Positions 30,639 through 38,393 of a DNA stretch of 64,000 nucleotides are shown one piece after another. Source of the stretch: a virus. The position numbers and the translations under genes were made by a program. Under the pieces are notes generated by a model. The model was not told where the DNA came from. It worked only from the letters and a program-made list of their open reading frames with translations, and did no database searches. The stretch spans positions 1-64,000 of IMG/VR virus record IMGVR_UViG_3300047499_000102, one strand, 5' to 3'. Position 1 is the stretch's first letter, and the number at the start of each line of letters is the position of its first letter.

Positions 30639-31247
30639 ATGAGCGATCGAATGCTGAAGGTCAAGGCGTGCGAGCACACGAGCCGCACTCTGGTGTTCTC
30701 GTCGGGCGAGGACGCCCCCGGTAAGTCGCTGGACACCTGCGAGCAGTGCAACACGTGTGGGGCGGTGATCCACGACTACCGCCACGGGGGCGGACTGCGC
30801 TCCCCGAACTACCCGATCGTGCGCGAGTCGCCGCTACTCAAGCCGTTCCTCGCGGTGTGCCAACAACTCATCGAGGCTGAGCGCGCCCTGGCCGGTCGAG
30901 GAATGTCGCTCACGCCGGACCTCGACATGATCCGACTCGCGAAGGAGAACGAGCGGCTTCGTCTGGACCTGGACGTGGCCGAGTCACGCAAGTCCGACGT
31001 CATCCGTCGGCTCGTCGAGGACGGCGACCGGATGCGATTGGTCCTGCACGATCTGGCGTTCGCGGCGCCGCACGTACTCGACGAGCACCGCGACCAGCGG
31101 GGGTGGCTGGGGCCGGCTGCGTGGGGCAAGTACGTCGCGCGCGTGCAGAAGATGGCGGGCGGCGCCATCCGGCGCCCACCAACGGACCTGGTCGCGAGCG
31201 AGGCACCTCCGCTGCGCCCGATCCGCGACGAGGAACCGGAGACCTGA
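30639..31247 (+). CDS. Hypothetical protein(s)
   Basis: AGGAGG RBS; ORF may be a fusion of two genes. Confidence 0.5.
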   Translation: MSDRMLKVKACEHTSRTLVFSSGEDAPGKSLDTCEQCNTCGAVIHDYRHGGGLRSPNYPIVRESPLLKPFLAVCQQLIEAERALAGRGMSLTPDLDMIRLAKENERLRLDLDVAESRKSDVIRRLVEDGDRMRLVLHDLAFAAPHVLDEHRDQRGWLGPAAWGKYVARVQKMAGGAIRRPPTDLVASEAPPLRPIRDEEPET

Positions 31248-31293
31248 CGAGATGCGGACCTTCATCAGATCTCCAGCGCGGAAACCCCGTCCT

Positions 31294-31465
31294 TTAGGGC
31301 GGGGAGGAAGCGCTGTCTCCGCGCTGCGCCTCCACGTAGCGTTTGACAATCTCCAGCGGCGCGCCGCCGCACGACATGGCGCAGTAGCTCGGGCTCCAGA
31401 AGTGCGGACCCCACAACTTGCGCTCCACCTCCGGGCAGATCCGCGGTCGGTGCGCACGCAGCATC
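31294..31465 (-). pseudogene. tnpA: TnpA (Y1 HUH transposase) C-terminal fragment
   Basis: KLWGPHFWSPSYCAMSCGGAPLEIVKRYVEAQ. Confidence 0.85.
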
Positions 31466-31574
31466 GCGACACTGACGAACCACTGGTCGCCGTCGCGCTT
31501 GAGGGAGCAGGTCTTCGGCTTCCCTTCGAGCGGACGGTGCATCACCGTGCGGAGCGTGCCGAGCTTCGGGAAGC
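31466..31574 (-). pseudogene. tnpB: Inverted internal TnpB fragment
   Basis: FPKLGTLRTVMHRPLEGKPKTCSLKRDGDQWFVSV. Confidence 0.8.
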
Positions 31575-31743
31575 GGAACACGCAATCCAACCCGTTTCCT
31601 GTTTCGCAGGGTGCCCAACTTCGGCGAGCCCTCCACAGGCAGTCGATGAACGACTTGCTCGCGGCCGCGGACGTGAAGATCCGCGAGCTCGAGAGCCAGA
31701 AGAAGAGCCTCGAAGCCGAGAACATCACCCTGAGGAACCGTCC

Positions 31744-32373
31744 ATGACCACCACGCCCGAGCACACCATCAAGGCCCTCTGCGAACGCTCCCACGCCATC
31801 TCCCTCGAGAAGGGCTGGGTCAGCGCGGAAGGTGACCCGCGCTCCTTCGCGTCCATCGCCTCGCTCAATCACAGCGAGCTGTCCGAGGCCTTCGAGGAGT
31901 ACCGCAACAACAAGCCGCTGAACGAGATCTGGTACGAGATCGAGACGGTAGGCGAGGGCGGCATCTGGTGCAAGACGTACGCCTCGCAGCTCAAGGAAGA
32001 TGCCGACCTCTCGAGGTGCAAGCCCTGCGGCATCCCCATCGAGCTCGCCGACTTCGTCATCCGCGTGGCCCAGCACGTGGGTACCTCCGGCAAGTCGGCC
32101 GCGCTCGAAGAGCTCTTCAACGAGCGCATCGGCGATGAGCACTACGCCGACTTCGACACCCTCATCGCCGAGGCCCACCTGGCGGTCGCGCTGGCCTACT
32201 CGTCGAAGACGATGGGGGAGGGGGACACGGCGTACCTCGCGCACCTCACCGACGCCCTCAGGGAGGTCTTCGCATTCTGCAAGGGCAAGGGCATCGACCT
32301 GTGGGCCGCCATCGACCAGAAGGAGGCCTACAACCGCACGCGTCCCACGAGGCATGGAGGCAAGAAGGTCTGA
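31744..32373 (+). CDS. MazG-like nucleotide pyrophosphohydrolase
   Basis: EKGW...LNHSELSEAFEEYR...KPCGIPIELADFVIR...IDL..AI..K..YN.TRP.RHGGK. Confidence 0.8.
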   Translation: MTTTPEHTIKALCERSHAISLEKGWVSAEGDPRSFASIASLNHSELSEAFEEYRNNKPLNEIWYEIETVGEGGIWCKTYASQLKEDADLSRCKPCGIPIELADFVIRVAQHVGTSGKSAALEELFNERIGDEHYADFDTLIAEAHLAVALAYSSKTMGEGDTAYLAHLTDALREVFAFCKGKGIDLWAAIDQKEAYNRTRPTRHGGKKV

Positions 32374-32375
32374 TG

Positions 32376-32578
32376 AAGAGCGCATCCACGGCGACATCTT
32401 CATCGACGATAAGTACGAGCACGTTCGCAGTTGGTTCGACTACTGGCTCAGCCAGAACAACGACTACGTCATCCCGGTGCTCTGGCAAACCGACCGCACG
32501 ATCAACACCGAGGTGGTGGATGGCGTAACCGTGGCCACCAACTGGAACCAGGTGGTCCAGCTGGTACACAACCAGTCG
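32376..32578 (+). pseudogene. C-terminal fragment of a HAD 5'(3')-deoxyribonucleotidase (NT5C-like)
   Basis: IHGDIFIDDK...V..W...N...NW.QV; the N-terminal DxD motif is absent. Confidence 0.55.
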
Positions 32579-32579
32579 T

Positions 32580-32756
32580 TGCACAGCGTGTGGCTACCAA
32601 GATCACGCTGACCTCAATGCTGCGAAGATTCTTTTTGCGCGTGCGAATCGCCCGGGACTGCCTGTGGAGGGCTCGCCGAAGTTGGGCACCCTGCGAAACA
32701 GGAAACGGGTTGGATTGCGTGTTCCACGTCGTCCTCTCGAAAGCTCCGCCCTTTAG
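32580..32756 (+). pseudogene. tnpB: TnpB C-terminal fragment overlapping the omega-RNA scaffold
   Basis: CTACGYQDHADLNAAKI (Zn finger plus RuvC-III). Confidence 0.85.
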
Positions 32757-32790
32757 GGCGGGGTTGATTACGCGACGTCTGCGGCTCGCC
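32650..32790 (+). ncRNA. TnpB omega-RNA scaffold plus flank-derived guide
   Basis: GCCTGTGGAG...GAAACAGGAA...right-end hairpin...TTAC, then a guide starting GCGACGTCTG. Confidence 0.7.
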
Positions 32791-32824
32791 GCACTCATCT
32801 GGTGGGGAGGGCGACCTCACCGCG

Positions 32825-33043
32825 TACCGCGACCCCAAGGTGTTCGCCGGGCACTCGCTGCGGGCTGGGTTCATCACGAGCGCGGCGAAGCGGGGCGCCT
32901 CGCTGCCGAAGATCATGCGGCAGTCGCGGCACAAGAGCGAGCGGATGGCGATGACGTACATCCGGCCAGCGACGCTGTTCGACGACAACGCGGCCGATGG
33001 GATGGGCGACGATGAGGACGAAGATGAGGACGAAGATGGCTGA
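32825..33043 (+). pseudogene. C-terminal fragment of a Cre-like tyrosine recombinase
   Basis: FAGHSLRAGFITSAA..GA....IMRQSRHKS......YIR...LF.DNAA. Confidence 0.85.
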
Positions 33044-33308
33044 GCGACCCTACTGCAAGAAGCACGACCGCTACCTCGTGAACGGCTCGTGCTCGTTCTG
33101 CCGGCTCGATTACGCGATTGAGGCTCACGAAACAGCCCGAGCGACAGGGCTACTCGACGATGACGGCGTGTGGGTGGACACGGGTGCCCCGGCGTCCCCC
33201 AAGGTGGTCGCCAAGAAGTCGAAACCGCTGCGCCCGAAACCGTAGGAGACAACCGTCATGGCGGAACACGAATGCAGCGGCAACACCTGTCCGGCTGAGC
33301 ACAAAAGA

Positions 33309-33872
33309 CTACGGCCCGCCCCTCGCGAGGACCTGCTCCGCGACGCGAGATCGGAAGCGCGCCTCCTTGAGGCCCCCGCGGTTGGTGCACGAGCCGGCGG
33401 CGAGCCATGCCAGCCTGTCCTCGGGCGGGCTCGATGCGCAGACACGCAGGGCGTCGGCGCGCAGCTTCATCCACGCGACGGCCGCCTGCTTGGGATCGCA
33501 GGCGACCGACTTCGGGACCGAGAGCGCCGAGAGCTGGAAGACCCCCCACGACCGGAACTCGCCGGTGACGGGGTCCGGGTCCCCGCCGAGGCACACGCCA
33601 TTCGCATCCGTCTTCGAGTTACTCGACTCGTAGGCCGCGAACACCACGGCGTCGCTCGCTGCCTTGTCGGACGACGACGCGGCCGCGATGGCGTCCGCGA
33701 TCTCCGGCGCGTCGCGCATCGTCTCGTAGCGCCCTGGGCGGGACTGGTGGGCCTTCTCGGGGACCTTGGCCATCATCGAGAGCACGCGAACGCGCTCGGG
33801 GGCCCCGGCATGTAGATGCGCGCCGAAGAGCGTGAGGACGGCCAAGAGGCAGGCTGCGATGGTCGTTTTCAT
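33309..33872 (-). CDS. Secreted lysozyme-fold/lytic transglycosylase
   Basis: Signal peptide; AAYES...GD...SWGVFQ. Confidence 0.65.
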   Translation of the reverse strand: MKTTIAACLLAVLTLFGAHLHAGAPERVRVLSMMAKVPEKAHQSRPGRYETMRDAPEIADAIAAASSSDKAASDAVVFAAYESSNSKTDANGVCLGGDPDPVTGEFRSWGVFQLSALSVPKSVACDPKQAAVAWMKLRADALRVCASSPPEDRLAWLAAGSCTNRGGLKEARFRSRVAEQVLARGGP

Positions 33873-33911
33873 GGGCCGGACCTTGCCACGGCACCCATGG
33901 ATGGCCCAACG

Positions 33912-33951
33912 AAAAAGAGGGCCCCCCACGCTCGCGCGCAGGAGGCCCTCT
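33912..33951 (-). terminator. Rho-independent terminator at the end of the late operon
   Basis: AGAGGGCC/GGCCCTCT stem followed by T5 on the - strand. Confidence 0.7.
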
Positions 33952-33976
33952 GGAGCGTCGATCTGCCGGGGTGCGG

Positions 33977-34354
33977 TCAGGTCGTGGGCGTGGCGGTCGT
34001 CGCCGGCGTGGGAGACGGGGCGGGAGTGGGGGCCGGCGACGGGGTGGCGGCGGGCGTGTTCGCCGTGATGGCGGCCGCCAGGTCGGTCGCGCTCTTCGCG
34101 AGCTCGGCCTGCAGGTTGGGCAGCGCGGCGGTGTCGCCGGCGGCGTTGGCCGCGATCGCTGCCTGGAGCTGGGTGGCGAGCCCGTTGATGAGGATGACCG
34201 CGGACTCCTCCACGGAGGTGTTCTGCGCGACCTGGGCCTGGAGAGCGGTGAGCTGGGTGGACATGGACGTGACTCCTTCGAGGGTGAGGCCCTGACGCTC
34301 GAGGAGAAGACGGAGCATCCCTTCGATGCGATCGAGCTGGTGCACGAGGGGCAC
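33977..34354 (-). CDS. Coiled-coil protein of a kind often found near phage lysis genes
   Basis: LTALQAQVAQNTSVEESAVILINGLA...LAAAITANTP, then PT repeats. Confidence 0.65.
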   Translation of the reverse strand: MPLVHQLDRIEGMLRLLLERQGLTLEGVTSMSTQLTALQAQVAQNTSVEESAVILINGLATQLQAAIAANAAGDTAALPNLQAELAKSATDLAAAITANTPAATPSPAPTPAPSPTPATTATPTT

Positions 34355-34605
34355 CCTACCGCATCCGCCGCGTCATGGCACGAGTGACGTCGTCACCTGG
34401 ATTGTCACGCCGATGCCCATGTCGCCCAGGTCCGCCGCGGGACGCACGCCGATGTGGAGGCGGTCTGGATCGCTGTCGCGAACGCCTGGCACCGTCACCA
34501 CACGGCCGCCGCTCCACCAACGCGGGAGCGGCGGGTCGAACGGCTAGGCGATGGGCAGCTGCCAGAGCAGGTGGACGACGAGCGCGTGGAGCACCGCGCG
34601 CAGCA

Positions 34606-35022
34606 TCATTCGATGATTGGAGCAGGCGATGGATCTGTCGGTGGCGGTGGCGGGTCCGTGTTCATCACCGCGCTGGCGGGAATGGGCACGCTGGAAGCGG
34701 GCCTCAGATGCCAGAATAACTTCCCGAGCGCGTTGAGCCGCTCCGAGGACGGCTCCGTGCCGAGCGCCGTCGCCTGACCTGCAAGCGAGCCGTCGGTCTC
34801 CTCGACGAGCGCCACCCGAAAGCCCTTGGCGACCAGGCGGCCGTGATAGGCGCGCAGCTCGGCCTCGTCGGCGACGTGTAGCAGACGCAGGATGGTGCGC
34901 TTCGAGATCGGCGCCACGAGGATGCTCTCGCCCGCGGCGTGACCAACGTGAACCATCTGCGCCTCGTGGGTCATGTCGCGCCGCACGAGCACGTACTGGA
35001 CCGGGTCCTGAGCGCCTCTCAT
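34606..35022 (-). CDS. Peptidyl-tRNA hydrolase II (PTH2)-fold protein
   Basis: QYVLVRRDM...Q.VH.GHA...LHVADEAEL...L...G.....V.E.D...GQATALG.EP. Confidence 0.7.
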   Translation of the reverse strand: MRGAQDPVQYVLVRRDMTHEAQMVHVGHAAGESILVAPISKRTILRLLHVADEAELRAYHGRLVAKGFRVALVEETDGSLAGQATALGTEPSSERLNALGKLFWHLRPASSVPIPASAVMNTDPPPPPTDPSPAPIIE

Positions 35023-35732
35023 GCGGCCACCGAACCGGAAGGATCGACGTGTGGATCCGGCGGATTCGATTCGGGCGACGGCGCGATCTCGGCCACGAGT
35101 GCCATGCCGAACAGTTGGCGCCCGCGCGCGTCGTGTCCGTAGCAGCGATCGGGATCGACGATGATCCCGGCCACCTTGGTCTGGGCCTGCTGCTTGGCCA
35201 CGAAGCCGACGCCATCGGGGGCCACGCGCGGCCCGTAGTCGCTCCAGAGGACGTCGACGGTCCCTTCGCTCACGAGCTGCGAAAGCTGCGCGAGGAGCAA
35301 GCCGTCGCTGTAGCCGACGTACAAGCAGAGTTTGAAGCCGGCGGCGATCACGGGCGCTGCGCAGTCGCGCACGTAGCTCAGCACCGGGGCGCCCGTGTCG
35401 CCGAGCCCCTCCAGGTCGAGCGCGAGATGGGCACCCTTCGGGTACTCGAGGCGCGTCGCGTCGGAGACCATCCTTGCGCCGTGCTTCGCCCCGAGCGCCC
35501 CCGTGGCCTGCCAACCAGGCCGCAGGACGTGGAAGACCAGCAGCAGAATCCAGCCCACACCGAGCTCGGCATCGCGCTCCGCAATGCTCATGTCCTCGCC
35601 GTACCGCCACAGAAACACGAGAGGCTTGCCCTCGATGGCCTGACCGTGCAGTTGGCTCGACGTCGCTGGGTTGAACACGAAGATGGTGTCGGCGCCCATG
35701 CTGTCGGGCACCGGGGTCGCTGCGAAAGACAT
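35019..35732 (-). CDS. DUF1906/GH25-like glycoside hydrolase (endolysin)
   Basis: GADT...FLWRY...E...G..HG...LALDLEG...GF...LYVG. Confidence 0.7.
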   Translation of the reverse strand: MSFAATPVPDSMGADTIFVFNPATSSQLHGQAIEGKPLVFLWRYGEDMSIAERDAELGVGWILLLVFHVLRPGWQATGALGAKHGARMVSDATRLEYPKGAHLALDLEGLGDTGAPVLSYVRDCAAPVIAAGFKLCLYVGYSDGLLLAQLSQLVSEGTVDVLWSDYGPRVAPDGVGFVAKQQAQTKVAGIIVDPDRCYGHDARGRQLFGMALVAEIAPSPESNPPDPHVDPSGSVAA

Positions 35733-36280
35733 GGTGGCTCTCCTGGGTCGTCTTCGATGAAATCCTTCGAGGCTGTAGCCGCCCGCGAGCATGTGAGCCA
35801 TGGCCGCTTCCAACCACTCCACGCGTTCGCGGAGCTCGTAGTTCTCAAGCTCGATGTCTTCGGCCGACCGTTCCATGGTCCCCGATCAACGTCGTCGGCC
35901 CTGGCCCAGCGCGTGGTGCCTGGCGTACTGCTCTCGGCTCACGTACCCCGTGGGGTTGCCTTCGACCATGCACTCACGGCACTGCTCCGAGATCGCCTTC
36001 GCGACGGTGCCGTCCTCGTTGCGCTCTAGGATGGTGAGCACCGCCTTCTCGCCGAGGCAGACGTAGCAGCGGATGCGCGCGCCCGGTAGCGCCGGCTTCG
36101 TCGGGGGCTCCTCGGGCACCTCCGTGTAGAGCGGCGTCGGCCTCCGATGGATGTCGTCCTCGCCGCTCATGTCGACCTCCTACGGTGAGTCCGGGCTCCC
36201 CTTCCTCCATCCAGACCCCCGCGGCCGCCGCCAGCACGACGGCGACCAGGCGGCCAGGATGAGGCGCAACGCGCCCGCAA

Positions 36281-36586
36281 CTACGGGGCGCAGACGAAGC
36301 CCATGCGCTGGGCGTCGGCCACGGTCTTCACCGTCGACGACGTGACGTCGGCGCAACTGAAGACCTTGCCCGTGGTCGGGTTGCGATGGTCGTGGTCGAC
36401 GCTGTAGCCCATCAGGAAGGTCGGGCAGTCCGACTCGCCCCCGATGGAGCATGTCGCCGCCTTGAGCGCTTCGCATGCCGTCTTGCACTGCTGCGTCGTG
36501 GGCAGCGACCCGTCAGAGACGCTGCTCGCGCTGGGCGTCTGGCACGCCATCAGCGCGATCACGGTAATGGCAATGGCCGCTCTCAC
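36281..36586 (-). CDS. Cys-rich lipoprotein
   Basis: Lipobox-like IALMAC; several Cys. Confidence 0.6.
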   Translation of the reverse strand: MRAAIAITVIALMACQTPSASSVSDGSLPTTQQCKTACEALKAATCSIGGESDCPTFLMGYSVDHDHRNPTTGKVFSCADVTSSTVKTVADAQRMGFVCAP

Positions 36587-37521
36587 GTCGTCCCCGTGAT
36601 CGCCAGCACGCACGCGTCCTGGATCGAGCTGTCCAGGGCGGTGACGTCGCACTGCCAGAGCCCTCCTCGGATGCCAGGCACGTCGGACGTCCCGAAGCCG
36701 TCCTCGCCCCAGCTGTTGCCGTTCCAGAAGGACAGCTTGTTGTCGAGGCCGGGCGCGCCCTGCAGCCACGAGGTGAGCTCGGCCTGGGTCCCGGACCACT
36801 CGTAGTCCAGCAGGTAATTCGCATGGTCGACGTCGCCGGTCAGGTCGACGGCGCGCAGGATGCCGCCGCGGTACGCCTGGAAGGTCGCCCCCGATGCGGG
36901 GATGGCCATGCTCACGGGGCGGCCCACGGCGAGCGCGGACATGATGTCGATGCGGCGCTGCAGCCCGCTCGACTGGACGAAGAAGGCTCCGTCGACCCTG
37001 ATGGGCGACTCGGCCTTGAACTTCTCGGGCGCGGGCTCGATGAGCTCCGCATCGGTCGTGCCAGGCACGTACATGGTGGCCGAGCTGGCGGGGTACTGGC
37101 CCCACACGCTCGCGCCACACCCGCCCCAGCGACCGAGCGCCGAGAGCACCGACGACGGCATCGAGCCGACGTCGAAGAGTGGCACGAGAGTGCCGTCCGG
37201 CGCCGGCGGGGGGCGGTCGATCGTGTACATGCCGTATGCGATGCCCACGGGCGACAGTAGCTCGGGCAGCGGCTTGCCGAGGACCGCGTAGTACAGCGTG
37301 ATCGCGGCCGCGTGGGCATGCGCCTCACACGTCTCGGTGTCGTTCTGGTTGAGGATGCCCGGGCCGCCGAGCGACGGCAGCAGCTTTTGCCGGTTGCTCG
37401 TCTTCAGGGGCAGCGACTGCGCCGCGGCGCGCATGGCGCCGATGCCGTGGTGCAGGTGCAGCCCCATGCGCGCGGCGACGACCGCGGGAGCATCGGCGAT
37501 GTGTCCGGTGTGGAAGGTCAC
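36583..37521 (-). CDS. Papain-like (C1) cysteine peptidase
   Basis: NQ..T.TC.AHA, DHA, NSWG..FG..G. Confidence 0.75.
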   Translation of the reverse strand: MTFHTGHIADAPAVVAARMGLHLHHGIGAMRAAAQSLPLKTSNRQKLLPSLGGPGILNQNDTETCEAHAHAAAITLYYAVLGKPLPELLSPVGIAYGMYTIDRPPPAPDGTLVPLFDVGSMPSSVLSALGRWGGCGASVWGQYPASSATMYVPGTTDAELIEPAPEKFKAESPIRVDGAFFVQSSGLQRRIDIMSALAVGRPVSMAIPASGATFQAYRGGILRAVDLTGDVDHANYLLDYEWSGTQAELTSWLQGAPGLDNKLSFWNGNSWGEDGFGTSDVPGIRGGLWQCDVTALDSSIQDACVLAITGTT

Positions 37522-38327
37522 TTCGCGCTCCCGTGCGCCACGCTCGCATGCACCGCGCGCGGCTCCGACTGGTCGAGCGCGTTGACGACGTTGAGGAGAC
37601 TGCCTCCGCAGGCTGCCACGCCGTCCTCGAGCACGGTCAGGATGGGCGTTCCCGCAGGCTCCTTCGCGTACGTCGTGGCGACGCAGGCCACGAAGGCCGC
37701 GTCCACGGGCACGCTGTTGATGGCGGTCTGCCCCTGCTGGGCAGTGCAGCCGGTCTGGGTCGCGACGGTGCCGCCGAGCAGGCCACCGAGGCCGAGCAGC
37801 ACGAGCGCGGTCATGCTCGCCTTCACGGCGACGGCCTTGGCGATCTTGCCGGCCGTGGTCGCGTTGGTGTTCCCTCCGCTCAGATCGTCGATGAGGAAGA
37901 CGGCCGCCTGCGCCCACTTCGGTGCCGCGCCATGGTTGACGATCGCCGTCAGGATGCCATCGAAGAAACCGCTGCCGCCGGCCAGCACGATGCACGAGAG
38001 GATGGCCGAGCCGATGGGTGTGCCGTTCTGCAGAGCGGAGACCACGCCGTACACCAGGCCGAGGAAGGCGGACACCGACGGCAGCCACTGCGCGGGCAAC
38101 TTGATTGGGAAACGACTGTCGGGCCCGCAGAGCTTGCGTGCGTACAGCAGGGCGAAGCCGAACAGGGGCAGCCATCCGTGGGAGCTCACGAGGGCGACGA
38201 TGTCCTGCAGAGGCGAGATCGCGACCGGGGTGGTGGTCCCCTGGGCGAAGGCGGTGGTGGTGGCGCAAAGGCTGGCGAACGTCGCCACGACGAGGAACAC
38301 GGAAGTGAGACTACGACGAGGTGACAT
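37518..38327 (-). CDS. Multi-TM holin-like membrane protein with an internal lipobox-like segment
   Basis: Signal peptide, several hydrophobic helices, then LVLLGLGGLLGGTVATQTGC. Confidence 0.55.
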   Translation of the reverse strand: MSPRRSLTSVFLVVATFASLCATTTAFAQGTTTPVAISPLQDIVALVSSHGWLPLFGFALLYARKLCGPDSRFPIKLPAQWLPSVSAFLGLVYGVVSALQNGTPIGSAILSCIVLAGGSGFFDGILTAIVNHGAAPKWAQAAVFLIDDLSGGNTNATTAGKIAKAVAVKASMTALVLLGLGGLLGGTVATQTGCTAQQGQTAINSVPVDAAFVACVATTYAKEPAGTPILTVLEDGVAACGGSLLNVVNALDQSEPRAVHASVAHGSAK

Positions 38328-38393
38328 GATGGGTTCTCCTTGATGACGCTTCGCAGGCAATCGTGGCTGTCGCAGCAGCCGAGGTCAACTGGG

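Larger units (their letters stand above)
31575..32725. repeat. Perfect 70-bp inverted repeat (31575-31644 and 32656-32725)
   Basis: GGAACACGCAATCC...CCACAGGCAGTC and its exact reverse complement. Confidence 0.95.
31266..32771 (+). mobile_element. Non-autonomous IS200/IS605 element with intact ends and captured cargo
   Basis: Left-end hairpin GAAA-CCCCGTCCTTTAGGGCGGGG after TTCAT; right-end hairpin AAAG-CTCCGCCCTTTAGGGCGGGG..TTAC; contains tnpA and tnpB fragments. Confidence 0.85.

Noticed and set aside
1-33300. Fragmentation as simple sequencing error
   Set aside because: Breaks avoid the long essential genes and the IS ends match their target site precisely; assembly chimerism still needs a read-level check.
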